In this document: positions 18,571-27,872 of the stretch, piece after piece
How positions within the stretch are numbered: position 1 is the stretch's first letter
Layout: each line of letters opens with the position of its first letter
Program-made: the position numbers and the translations under genes
DNA from: Bacteroidales bacterium
GTDB lineage: Bacteria; Bacteroidota; Bacteroidia; Bacteroidales; Bacteroidaceae
Length of the DNA: 62,446 bases
Assembly: GCA_022784065.1 (NCBI GenBank)
Contig: JALFUO010000047.1
Span: 1 to 62,446 of the forward strand
Direction: 5' to 3'
The notes under the pieces: generated by a model
Told to the model about the DNA's origin: nothing
Seen by the model: the letters and a program-made list of their open reading frames with translations, nothing else
The model's database searches: none

Positions 18571-20616
18571 TTGCACGCTCCGCACTGCAACACGGCTCTT
18601 CGCGCGTGGCTGCGGCTGTCGGCATTGCTCTGCCTGTGGTGTGCCTGCACGCCTCGCGCCGCAGCGCAAACTCCTGCCGAACAGACTCTTGCCACCGCCA
18701 CCGTAACGGCTTCTCTTGCCAAGGAAACGCTTACGGGCGATGCGGCGTATCAGAAAATCGATACCGCCGCACTGCGCCGACGCGGCATCACCGACACGGG
18801 CGATGCCCTGCGCCGCATGGCGGGCATCAACCTGCGCGACTACGGCGGCGCGGGCGGACTGAAAACGGTGAGCGTGCGCGGACTGGGGGCGGCACATACG
18901 GCCGTGACTTACGACGGCCTCGCCATGACGGACGCCCGGCAGGGCGAAACGGACCTCCAGGCGTTCAACATCGACCGCCTCGCCTCTATCGCCCTCCGCA
19001 CCGGCGGCGCGGCGCGGCTGCTCTGCCCCGTGCGCAACGTTGCCGCCGCCGTGGTGGAACTCACGTCCCTGCTTCCCAATTCTACTCAACGCCGTCCCGC
19101 CGTCACCGCCGCCTTGCGCCAAGGCTCTTTCGGCATGGCCAATCCTTCGCTCGGCGCAGGCGGCAGGGTAGGGGAGCGCGGCGCATGGAATGTGGGGGCA
19201 GACTATTTCCACGCCCGCAACAACTATTCTTTTCTCGTTGACAACGGCATCGCCACGCACCGCGAACGCCGCACCAACAGCCTTATGAACGCCGGCACGG
19301 GCGAGGCGGCATTTTCCTTTGCCACTCCGGGCGGCGGCACTTGGCTCACGAAGGGCTATTTCCACGAAAGCCGGCGCGAACTCCCCGGACAGGTAATTCT
19401 TTACACGAACGAGAACGACGAGCATCTGCGCGAACGCACGGCCTTTGCCCAAACCTCTTGGCGGCAACTCTTTGCAAGCAATAGGGTGGAGGTGTTTGCC
19501 GCCGGCAAATATGCCAACCTGCTTTCGCACTACCGCGACATCGACGCGCAATATCCCGGCGGCGGCCTTTCGCAACGCTACGTGCAGCAAGAGGCCTACG
19601 CCACCGCCGGCGCGGCGCTCCATTTGGACAAATGGTCGTTTGCCCTTGCCGCCGACTACGCGCTCGGCACGATGCGGAGCAATCTGAAAACGGACAACGA
19701 CGTGCTGCGCCACACGCTCCTGCAAAGCACCTCCGTGCGCTTCCATACCGACCGCTTCGCGCTGACTGCCCGCGCCGTGGCGAGTTTCATCGACAACAAA
19801 GTCAAGGATAACGCCGCCCGTGCGGCGCGGCGCGTGAGTCGCCTCTCGCCCTCCGCGGGCGCTGTGTGGCGCGTGCTGGGCAGCGAAACCACGCGGCGCG
19901 GCAGCGCCACCCTGCGCCTCAGGGCGGACTACCGCGAAACGTTTCGGGCACCGACTTTCACGGAGTCGTATTTCTACCACCTCGGCTCGCAGTCGCTGCG
20001 TCCCGAAACGGTGCGGCAGGGTGGGGGAGGCTTCACGCTCGACGCCCTTTCCCGCAGCGGCCGCCTCTCGCTGCAACTCACAGCCGATGCCTACGCCAAC
20101 CGCACTGCCGACCGCATCGTGAGCATTCCCATCAGGCTGTTTTGCTGGAAAACGGTGAACCTCGGCACGGTGCGCGGACTCGGACTGGACGCCACGCTCG
20201 AGGCTTCCTATCGCTGCACCGCACGCCACTTGCTGAGCCTGGCCGCGAACTATTCGCTCGCACACGTCACCGACCGCACCGACCCTGCCGACCGCAGCAC
20301 CTTCGGCAAGCAACTGCCCTACGCGCCGCTGCACAGCGGAGCGACTTCGATTGCCTGGGAAAACCCGTGGGTGAACTGCGTGGCGCACCTCACGTTTGCC
20401 ACCTCACGCTGGACCACCGCCGCGCATACCTCGGGCACGCTCCTGCCTGCCTACACCGACGCGGGCTTCGGCCTCTACCGGCAGTTTGCCACGCGCAGCG
20501 TCCGCTGGGAGGCGCGCGCCGAACTCATCAATGCCTTCGGCACGGACTATCAAGTCATTGCCCGCTACCCCATGCCCGGCAGAGCCTACAAGCTCACGCT
20601 GATTATGAATTATTGA
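18571..20616 (+). CDS. btuB: TonB-dependent receptor, BtuB-like (vitamin B12)
   Basis: Plug motif LRDYGGAGGLKTVSVRGLGAAHT, C-terminal YPMPGRAY...Y; under B12 riboswitch; TTG start uncertain. Confidence 0.8.
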   Translation: MHAPHCNTALRAWLRLSALLCLWCACTPRAAAQTPAEQTLATATVTASLAKETLTGDAAYQKIDTAALRRRGITDTGDALRRMAGINLRDYGGAGGLKTVSVRGLGAAHTAVTYDGLAMTDARQGETDLQAFNIDRLASIALRTGGAARLLCPVRNVAAAVVELTSLLPNSTQRRPAVTAALRQGSFGMANPSLGAGGRVGERGAWNVGADYFHARNNYSFLVDNGIATHRERRTNSLMNAGTGEAAFSFATPGGGTWLTKGYFHESRRELPGQVILYTNENDEHLRERTAFAQTSWRQLFASNRVEVFAAGKYANLLSHYRDIDAQYPGGGLSQRYVQQEAYATAGAALHLDKWSFALAADYALGTMRSNLKTDNDVLRHTLLQSTSVRFHTDRFALTARAVASFIDNKVKDNAARAARRVSRLSPSAGAVWRVLGSETTRRGSATLRLRADYRETFRAPTFTESYFYHLGSQSLRPETVRQGGGGFTLDALSRSGRLSLQLTADAYANRTADRIVSIPIRLFCWKTVNLGTVRGLGLDATLEASYRCTARHLLSLAANYSLAHVTDRTDPADRSTFGKQLPYAPLHSGATSIAWENPWVNCVAHLTFATSRWTTAAHTSGTLLPAYTDAGFGLYRQFATRSVRWEARAELINAFGTDYQVIARYPMPGRAYKLTLIMNY

Positions 20617-20641
20617 AATAGCTTGATCATGAAATGATTGA

Positions 20642-20899
20642 GGCGGGCTGAAAGCCCAACTGCTGCCCATAGCCCAGGGCAACGCCCTGGGGTAAACGTA
20701 TGCAGCGAGCAATACATTCGGCATTTTTGCGCACGCAAAAATGCCACGCGCCTTGAGCGCGTAACAAGTACGCAATGCCGCGGGGCGTTGCCCCTCATAA
20801 TGAAGGCTGCTCTTTCAGAGCGTGACACTTTAATCAATGCATTACCCCACCCAGGGCGTTGCCCTGGGCTATGAGCAACAACTGGGCTTTCAGCCCGCC
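20642..20899. mobile_element. Non-autonomous palindromic element (REPIN/MITE-like) between btuB and btuG-like genes
   Basis: Terminal IRs GGCGGGCTGAAAGCCCA..CATAGCCCAGGGCAACGCCCTGGG / CCCAGGGCGTTGCCCTGGGCTATG..TGGGCTTTCAGCCCGCC. Confidence 0.8.
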
Positions 20900-20950
20900 C
20901 AAAAAACAGAAATATCTTATAAATTATCAACCCTAAAAACCTATTCAACA

Positions 20951-22039
20951 ATGAAACACTTACGTTTCCTCCTCCTGCTCGTCATGCCCGCCATGCTCCT
21001 CACGGCCTGCTCCGACGAAGACGAAAACAACGACCAGGGCACACCCATGCCGCCCGCACAAGAAACTGCCGTGCAATGCTACGTCATCAACCAAGGCAAC
21101 ATGTACGACAACATCTCCGGCTCGCTCGACTTTATCTCCTCTAAGAATGAGTACCGCTCGGGCGTGTTCAAGGGCACCAACGGCTTCAGTCTCGGCGACA
21201 GCCCGCAGCGCGGCATTGCCTACGGTTCGAAAGTCTACATTCCCGTCTATGGTTCCAACTGCGTGTGGGTCATCGACAAGACCTCCTGCCGCGCCTTGAA
21301 GCAAATCGCCACCAACTCGCCCGAGGCCGTTTGCGCCGCCGAGGGCTACGTATTCGTATCGAACAACGACGGCTACGTGTCGCGCATCGACACCCTCGCC
21401 CTCGACATTGACCGCCACATCGCCGTAGGCCCCAATCCTATGGGCATGGCAGCTACGGGCGGCAAGGTGTACGTTGCGATTTCCGACGGCTATAACAACC
21501 AAAACAACTATGCCGACGGCAAACGCCTCGCCGTAGTGGGCGCAAAGGACGGCCTGCACGAAACCGACATCGCCTGCGGCCTCAATCCCACGCAGGTGGC
21601 AGCCGACACGGAGGGCAACCTCTTCGTGCTCTGCATGGGCAACTATGCCGACGTGCCCTCCACCGTGCAGAAAATCTCTGCCGACACGCGCGAACTTTCC
21701 ACCGTAGCCCCCGCCTCGCTCATGGCACTGCGCGGCACGACGCTCTACCTCATCAACGGGCAGACCGACTGGGCTACGGGCAGCTTCTCTATGACGGCCA
21801 CGACCTACAACACGCTCACCGCGCAGCCGCTTCAAACCGCCCTCTTTTCTGAAAGCGATAATCCCGCTTACCCCACCTCCATCGACATTCACCCTGCCAC
21901 GGGCGACATCTTCATTTGCTCCGACCCCTCCGCCATGGGCTACTCGCAGCGCGGCTACGTGTACCGCTACGACGCCACGGGCAAACTCCATACGCGCCAC
22001 AATGCCGGCGTGCACCCCTTCGGCGTGGTGTTTATTTAA
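20951..22039 (+). CDS. BtuG-like beta-propeller surface lipoprotein (YncE/DUF5074-like)
   Basis: Lipobox LTAC-SDED; YVINQGN..GSL, LGDSPQ, VGPNP repeats; follows B12-regulated TBDR; start at MKHLRF. Confidence 0.75.
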   Translation: MKHLRFLLLLVMPAMLLTACSDEDENNDQGTPMPPAQETAVQCYVINQGNMYDNISGSLDFISSKNEYRSGVFKGTNGFSLGDSPQRGIAYGSKVYIPVYGSNCVWVIDKTSCRALKQIATNSPEAVCAAEGYVFVSNNDGYVSRIDTLALDIDRHIAVGPNPMGMAATGGKVYVAISDGYNNQNNYADGKRLAVVGAKDGLHETDIACGLNPTQVAADTEGNLFVLCMGNYADVPSTVQKISADTRELSTVAPASLMALRGTTLYLINGQTDWATGSFSMTATTYNTLTAQPLQTALFSESDNPAYPTSIDIHPATGDIFICSDPSAMGYSQRGYVYRYDATGKLHTRHNAGVHPFGVVFI

Positions 22040-22064
22040 TGATTATTTGTTTGGGTCGCAAGGA

Positions 22065-22220
22065 GTAGGGGCGTTTTTAATAATGTCGGCTGCACTCGGC
22101 AATTAGAGCAAGCTCTATTGCACTCGCTTGCACGCCATTTGCAAAACGCCCGGATAATGGTTGCCTAATTGATGTGTGCCATTCGGTGCACACGGCGGGC
22201 GTTTTGCAAAACGCCCCTAC
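22065..22220. repeat. Inverted pair of GTAG-type REP sequences, left copy interrupted by a ~62-bp palindromic insert
   Basis: GTAGGGGCGTTTT[insert]GCAAAACGCCC ... GGGCGTTTTGCAAAACGCCCCTAC. Confidence 0.85.
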
Positions 22221-22846
22221 TTTCTCACCCAAACCTTGTGCGTCCCTTTGCCCTCCGTGGCGAAAGGACTTTCGGGGTCGTTGGTAATAGCTTTCAATTC
22301 CACCGAGGCGGCGGTGCGGCTCAGGTTGTTGAGGCGGGCGTAGTCTTCAATGCGCATGAATTTGTGCGCGTCGATATGCGCCAACGCGCGGGCGATGCGC
22401 TCTTCCAGCGAATAGGGCGATACCGAGAGTTTCTTGACGCGCACTTCTTCATCGCGCTCAAAATGAGCATTGCGCTTCACCTCGCCGAGTAGTCTTTCGG
22501 AAACACGGAAATTCACTTTCTTAGGCACTACGTGGCGATAGAGCAGCGGGTCGTCATCGGAGGACAGCTCCGTAGGTTTGTCGTCGTCAAAGCCAATAGA
22601 AAGGGAGAACGTGCCCAGCCCGTCAATACGCACGTTGTGCCCGTCAGCCAACTCCATTGCCAGCGTTTGTGCCAGCGCATCGAGCGCGGCGCGCAGGATA
22701 TTGGGCTGAATGGAGGTGCTGTAGTGCGACATGAGCTTTACCAACTCATCGGTTGAAAGCGTGTGGTGGCGCTTCAGCTTCGGGAAAACATTGCGCCGGC
22801 CCGACTTATGAATATCGGGCATCTCTTGAAGTACGAATTTTGTCAT
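22217..22846 (-). CDS. HU/IHF-related DNA-binding protein with C-terminal extension (Bacteroidetes HU-like family)
   Basis: LADGHNVRIDGLGTFSLS...VNFR HU-like core; C-terminal DYARLNNLSRTAASVEL possible HTH. Confidence 0.8.
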   Translation of the reverse strand: MTKFVLQEMPDIHKSGRRNVFPKLKRHHTLSTDELVKLMSHYSTSIQPNILRAALDALAQTLAMELADGHNVRIDGLGTFSLSIGFDDDKPTELSSDDDPLLYRHVVPKKVNFRVSERLLGEVKRNAHFERDEEVRVKKLSVSPYSLEERIARALAHIDAHKFMRIEDYARLNNLSRTAASVELKAITNDPESPFATEGKGTHKVWVRK

Positions 22847-22922
22847 AAGATGAGTTTTTGAATAAGGCAGGAAGTTTTTCTTTCGTGCCTTATAATTTTA
22901 TTATTCTTTGAGATAATCTTTA

Positions 22923-23000
22923 TTCAAAACTTTGGAATGTATATTCAAAACTTTGGAACGCTTATTCTAAACTTTGGAATATATGTTCAAAAGTTTAGAA
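22923..23000. repeat. 21-bp-period palindrome array, copy 2, variant unit TTC[A/T]AAAnTTT[G/A]GAA
   Basis: Units at 22923, 22944, 22965, 22986; spacers TGTATA, CGCTTA, TATATG. Confidence 0.93.
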
Positions 23001-23238
23001 CAAAAATTTTCGCTGCAATAATAAGAATTTTCAAGCACCCGGCAAAAAGTTTCTCGGAGAGAAGACAAAATATATAGGGAGAAAGCTTTGACTGCCGCGC
23101 AGCAAGTTTTTATAAAAATATGTGCAAAGCATTTGTTCAATATAAATAATATACATATTTTTGCCTTGTAGTTTTTAGAAACACCTTTTTGTGCGAAATT
23201 TTGCCCTATTTTATCACAAATATAAATCAGAGATTATC

Positions 23239-24675
23239 ATGAAAAAGTTTGCATTTTTGCTTTTGGCCGCCGCCCTGCTCACGGGCTTCACGGCTTGCAG
23301 CGACGACAAGGAAAACGAAAACTCTCAGACCACTACGACCGAAGACGGTGGCGGCAGTGGTGAAGGCGGCGGTGGCGGCGCAGGCGCTAAAACTCCCCTC
23401 GCCCAAAAGCAGTATATGGAGCAAGTGGGCAAGGAACTGATGCAGCTCACACCGTCTTCCGACTTCCAGCAGATTTCAGAGCTTGCCAACCACGTGGCCG
23501 ACACTTATATGGACAGCTACGACTGGGACAGCGTGGAAGAATGGGCAGAAACCTGCTTCGACGATGCCTGCACCTTTATCAACGAAGAAAAAGAAACTGA
23601 AACTTGGCAAGGCTACAACTGGACCACCATTTACAATTATTTCTACAACAATTACAAAAGCCTGCTGATGGCTTCCAACTTCACAGGACACTTCACCGCC
23701 CAAAACGGCAAATGGGTGCAGACGCCCGCCAGCGACCTGCAATTTATCTTCAAGGGAAAGACGGGACAGCAATGCGTGCTCAAGCTCGAAACGAGCGGCG
23801 CGGTGAAAAAAGTGCACGTGGGAGAAATTGAAGAATGGGACGGCTACGAATACACCTACTCGGAAAGCGAACAGACGTCAACCAGCAACAATTATTACAA
23901 CTACTACGACATGACCATCGGCGTGCCCGAACATATCGCCGTGACCCTCACCGAAGGCAGCAACACCATCTGTAAGACCACCGTCAACGTTGACCTCAAC
24001 AGCCTCACCGGCACAGAATTCGACATCAGTAAAGGCAACTTCACAGTCGACGCCACCATAGAACTCAACAACGGCTATAAGTTCACCGTTTCAAAGGTTG
24101 CCTACTCCGCCAACAGCAAAGCAAGCGTCGTGGGCGAAGCCACGAAGAACGGCACAAAGCTCTGCACCCTCGCCGCCGCTGCCGACGTGTCGGGACTGCC
24201 CTCATGCTATCTCAGCACACTCGTGAGCGACGAGGCTGACGAGGACGACTTCGACAATGCCACCGGCAAGAACTGCCACGCCGTGGTGGACCTTATGGGT
24301 AAGATACAGCTAATTGGCGATTTGAGTGACGTGGTAAAATTCGTAGACTACTTGGAACAGGCTGACGAGAACGACGAAAACGAAAGCCAGTTCAAATCGT
24401 ACGTAAACCAGGCCAACAGCCTCTTGCAGTTCTATCTCTACTTCGACAACACGAACACCAAGCAGGCTAAGGTAGACCTTGAGTCTTTCCGCGACGAATA
24501 TTACAACTATTGGAACGGCACGACGACCTATTACTGGTACTGCGAACCCGTTATCCGCTTCTTCGACGGCACGGCTTACAGCACGTTTGAGGCGTATTTC
24601 AACGAAACGGATTTCAAAAGCCTGATCAATACTTTCAACGACCTGCTCGACAATTACGAAGACCTCATTGAATAA
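23239..24675 (+). CDS. Acidic, Tyr-rich surface lipoprotein of unknown function
   Basis: Lipobox FTAC-SDDKE with acidic export-signal-like residues; Gly linker; start at MKKFAF. Confidence 0.8.
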   Translation: MKKFAFLLLAAALLTGFTACSDDKENENSQTTTTEDGGGSGEGGGGGAGAKTPLAQKQYMEQVGKELMQLTPSSDFQQISELANHVADTYMDSYDWDSVEEWAETCFDDACTFINEEKETETWQGYNWTTIYNYFYNNYKSLLMASNFTGHFTAQNGKWVQTPASDLQFIFKGKTGQQCVLKLETSGAVKKVHVGEIEEWDGYEYTYSESEQTSTSNNYYNYYDMTIGVPEHIAVTLTEGSNTICKTTVNVDLNSLTGTEFDISKGNFTVDATIELNNGYKFTVSKVAYSANSKASVVGEATKNGTKLCTLAAAADVSGLPSCYLSTLVSDEADEDDFDNATGKNCHAVVDLMGKIQLIGDLSDVVKFVDYLEQADENDENESQFKSYVNQANSLLQFYLYFDNTNTKQAKVDLESFRDEYYNYWNGTTTYYWYCEPVIRFFDGTAYSTFEAYFNETDFKSLINTFNDLLDNYEDLIE

Positions 24676-26698
24676 GTCTTTCTCAAAAATCCTGATTTGC
24701 TTGATACTCTGTGTGTCGACTTTCCGCCCTGCCCTTGCGCAAGTGGAAAGCGAGACACAGAGTATCGCGCTTGATAGCGCCGTGGTACGGGCATGGCGAC
24801 ATTCGTCGAAAGTGAAACTGAAAGCCGACGGCAGCACCGTGTGGGACATGCGTCTAATGAACGAGCTGCCGCAGATATTGGGCAATGCCGACATCATGCA
24901 CTACGCGCAGGCGATGCCGGGCATACAGACCAATTCGGAATACCGCAGCGGCATCAACATTCAAGGCTGCGAAGCCTCGCACAACTATATCTCCATTTAC
25001 GGCGTGCCGCTCTACAACGTGAACCATCTGCTGGGTTTCTTCTCGGCATTCAACCCCACGCATTTCAGCACTACGGAAATCAGCAAAGCTCCCGCCACGG
25101 CCGCCCGGCCGGGCAGGATTGGCGGCACGCTCAACCTCACCCCGAACCTCGAAAGCATTGACTCCATCAACGGCGAGATCACCGTGGGGCTTATATCCTC
25201 GCAGGGCACGCTGCGTGCACCGCTCGGCAAAAAGGTAGTGCTGGCCGTGTCGCTCCGCGCCGCCTACATGAACCTGCTTTACGGCAAATGGCTGGACACG
25301 GGCGACGGACAAATCAAATATTCGTTCTTCGACTCCAACGCCAGCCTGAAATACGACATCAACGACCGCCACAGCCTCGTGCTCGACTATTACGGCGGCG
25401 GCGACAAGGGCAGTTTCCTGATGCCGCGTTACGGGGCGGACATGGCTGCCCAATGGGGCAACTATGCGGGAGCCGCGCACTGGTTGTTCAAAAAAGAAAA
25501 TCTCGACCTCCGCAACACCTTCTACACCACCCATTACCGTAACCGCTTCAAGCTGAAAATGGCGGAACTCAACGCCACCCTGCCCTCCGATATCCACGAA
25601 ACGGGCTACAAAGGACTGCTGCATTATAAAAAATGGACCGCCGGCGCAAACGCGGCATACTATCTGCTGCACCCTCAATCCATAACTACCGAAGGCTACA
25701 CTAATATCTCTCCAAAAACGCCCGCAAGGCAAAAGGCTTTTGAAACGACGCTGTTTTGCGATTACAGGCAACCGCTTGCCAAAAACCTTGCCGCAACGGT
25801 CGGGCTGAAAGGCACGCTGTGGTACACAGGCAGCACAACGTTTGCCCAAGCCGACCCTTCGGCGTCGCTGACATTCGACAACAGCAAGGTGCAGGCATCG
25901 CTGGCCTACGCTTTCAATCACCAAAACCTTTTTCAGACAGGCTTTACAGACATGGGACTGCCCACGGAGTTCTGGTTCGCCGCCGGAAAGGAGCACCGTC
26001 CGCAAAGAGCCCACACGCTCTGCCTAAGCACGGCGGCCTATTTTGCAAAGAGAAGATACCGGCTGAGCGCAGACCTCTTTCTGCGCCGGCTATTCAACCA
26101 AATCGAATATAAGGGCAATGTGCTCGACCTCGTCAATACCGTGTACGATTACAGCAAGGCGCTCATGCACGGACAAGGCACCAACTACGGCGCAAGCATC
26201 ATGCTGCAAAAGTGCTCGGGGAAACTTACCGGTTGGTGCGCCTACACTTACAGCCGCGCCCGGCGCACGCTTGTGGAACTCGGCAACGAAACCACCTTTC
26301 CCGCTAACCACGACCGGCCACACGAGGGTAACATCTTGGTTTCATACAGCCCCAACAAGCATTGGAACGCCAGCGCCACCTTCGTATTTGCCTCCGGCAA
26401 CCCTTTCACCGCCCCCGAGGCGCTTTGCCTCATCAACAACAACATTGTCTGCATCTACGGCCCTCACAATGCCAACAGGCTCAACCCTTACTACCGCTTA
26501 GACCTCTCGGCAAGCTATAAGTGGCGCGGCAAACTGATGAAAGAGCAAGGCTTCAACGTGTCGCTCTACAACGCTACGGGCCACGCCAACGAACTCTTCT
26601 GGACAATTGACAAACGCGCGGACGGCTCGTTTGCCTACCTCCCCGTATCGTTCATCATAAAGGCATTGCCCTCGCTAAGCTATTTCTGCAAATTCTGA
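24668..26698 (+). CDS. TonB-dependent receptor
   Basis: Plug-like LPQILGNADIM..PGI..NVNHLLGFFSAFN, YYRLDLS, C-terminal F; TTG start overlapping upstream stop. Confidence 0.85.
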   Translation: MNKSFSKILICLILCVSTFRPALAQVESETQSIALDSAVVRAWRHSSKVKLKADGSTVWDMRLMNELPQILGNADIMHYAQAMPGIQTNSEYRSGINIQGCEASHNYISIYGVPLYNVNHLLGFFSAFNPTHFSTTEISKAPATAARPGRIGGTLNLTPNLESIDSINGEITVGLISSQGTLRAPLGKKVVLAVSLRAAYMNLLYGKWLDTGDGQIKYSFFDSNASLKYDINDRHSLVLDYYGGGDKGSFLMPRYGADMAAQWGNYAGAAHWLFKKENLDLRNTFYTTHYRNRFKLKMAELNATLPSDIHETGYKGLLHYKKWTAGANAAYYLLHPQSITTEGYTNISPKTPARQKAFETTLFCDYRQPLAKNLAATVGLKGTLWYTGSTTFAQADPSASLTFDNSKVQASLAYAFNHQNLFQTGFTDMGLPTEFWFAAGKEHRPQRAHTLCLSTAAYFAKRRYRLSADLFLRRLFNQIEYKGNVLDLVNTVYDYSKALMHGQGTNYGASIMLQKCSGKLTGWCAYTYSRARRTLVELGNETTFPANHDRPHEGNILVSYSPNKHWNASATFVFASGNPFTAPEALCLINNNIVCIYGPHNANRLNPYYRLDLSASYKWRGKLMKEQGFNVSLYNATGHANELFWTIDKRADGSFAYLPVSFIIKALPSLSYFCKF

Positions 26699-27558
26699 TG
26701 AAAACGAACATCTGCTTCCTGATGCTGTTGCTCGCTGCCCTGACTGGCTGCGAAAAAGACGTATTGCCTCCCCACAAGTCTATACTGGTGGTAGAGGGCT
26801 GGATTGAGGATGAAGGCTTCCCCGTAGTTATTCTCACGGAAAGCTTGCCCGTCAGCCAAGAATACACCTCATTGGACAATATCTCGGACTACCTTGTGAA
26901 ATGGGCAAAAGTCACCGTCAGCGACGGCGAACAGACGGAAGTGCTGATCGGAAAATATGAGAAGGGATATTTTCCTCCCTACGTCTATACCACAAGCAGG
27001 ATAAAAGGAAAAGCGGGACGCACCTACACACTTACGGTTGAGTATGGAGATTATTATGCCACCGCCGCCACAACCATTCCTGAGCCGCCCGCCATTGACA
27101 ACCTATCGATAAAAAAATGCGCCGACGTGGACACGCTCTACCAAATCGACCTTACTTTCAAAAGCAAACCAAGCAAATACTACCAGATCTTTACCCGGGT
27201 GGGCGCAAACAACCGACAATTTATAGCCTCTTACCTCGGCAGCTACGACGGCAAGGTCTTAACACCCCAAAGCACGCTGCCCGTATACAAAGGTTACAGC
27301 AAAACAGGCAGAAACTCGGACTACACGCCTTATTTCCTGTACAACGACACCTTGACCATAAAGCTGGCCTGCCTCGACGAAGCAGGTTTTAAGTTTTGGG
27401 ACAGCTACTCGAAAAACCTTTCCCTGCAAGGCAACCTCTTTCTCGCCTCTTACGTAAATTTCCCCTCAAACATCAACGGAGGCATCGGCTATTGGTGCGG
27501 CATGGGCACAGACACAAAAAACCTCATCGTATCGAAGTGGCTGAATGAAAACAAGTAA
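26698..27558 (+). CDS. DUF4249-like lipoprotein
   Basis: Lipobox LTGC-EKD; LVVEGWI, AKVTVSDG, PSNINGGIGYW; coupled to TBDR (TGATG overlap). Confidence 0.82.
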   Translation: MKTNICFLMLLLAALTGCEKDVLPPHKSILVVEGWIEDEGFPVVILTESLPVSQEYTSLDNISDYLVKWAKVTVSDGEQTEVLIGKYEKGYFPPYVYTTSRIKGKAGRTYTLTVEYGDYYATAATTIPEPPAIDNLSIKKCADVDTLYQIDLTFKSKPSKYYQIFTRVGANNRQFIASYLGSYDGKVLTPQSTLPVYKGYSKTGRNSDYTPYFLYNDTLTIKLACLDEAGFKFWDSYSKNLSLQGNLFLASYVNFPSNINGGIGYWCGMGTDTKNLIVSKWLNENK

Positions 27559-27586
27559 ACCTTTGTGTAAAGCGAAAGCCCAGGGA

Positions 27587-27832
27587 GTAGGAGCGTTTTG
27601 AAAAACGCCTGTCCAATGCGCCGAACAACAATAACGCAAAGCATTAACCGGGCGTTTTTAATAAGATAGGACTAAACTCCGATAAAATGCATTTTTTCAG
27701 CCTCCAAACTCCGAAAAAAATGCACGATGCACGAATTCTATTCCGCAATCTCGTACGGCTTTGAGGTAAAAAAAGCACATTTTTGGCGATTTATAGTGCA
27801 ATTATTCATACTTTTGCAAATGTTTCTGCTAC
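27587..27832. repeat. GTAG-type REP pair with right copy apparently interrupted by a ~155-bp imperfect IR insert
   Basis: GTAGGAGCGTTTTGAAAAACGCC (27587-27609); GGGCGTTTT-TAATAAG...TTTGCAAATGTTTCTGCTAC; right half degenerate. Confidence 0.55.
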
Positions 27833-27872
27833 AATAATAACCCGTTGGTTGCATTAGATAATAATAATGGTA

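Noticed and set aside
20837-20950. N-terminal extensions in the ORF track (also 31125, 32390, 42636, 58436, 23191)
   Set aside because: Downstream ATGs give proper signal peptides or family N-termini; extensions run through repeats or neighbouring genes
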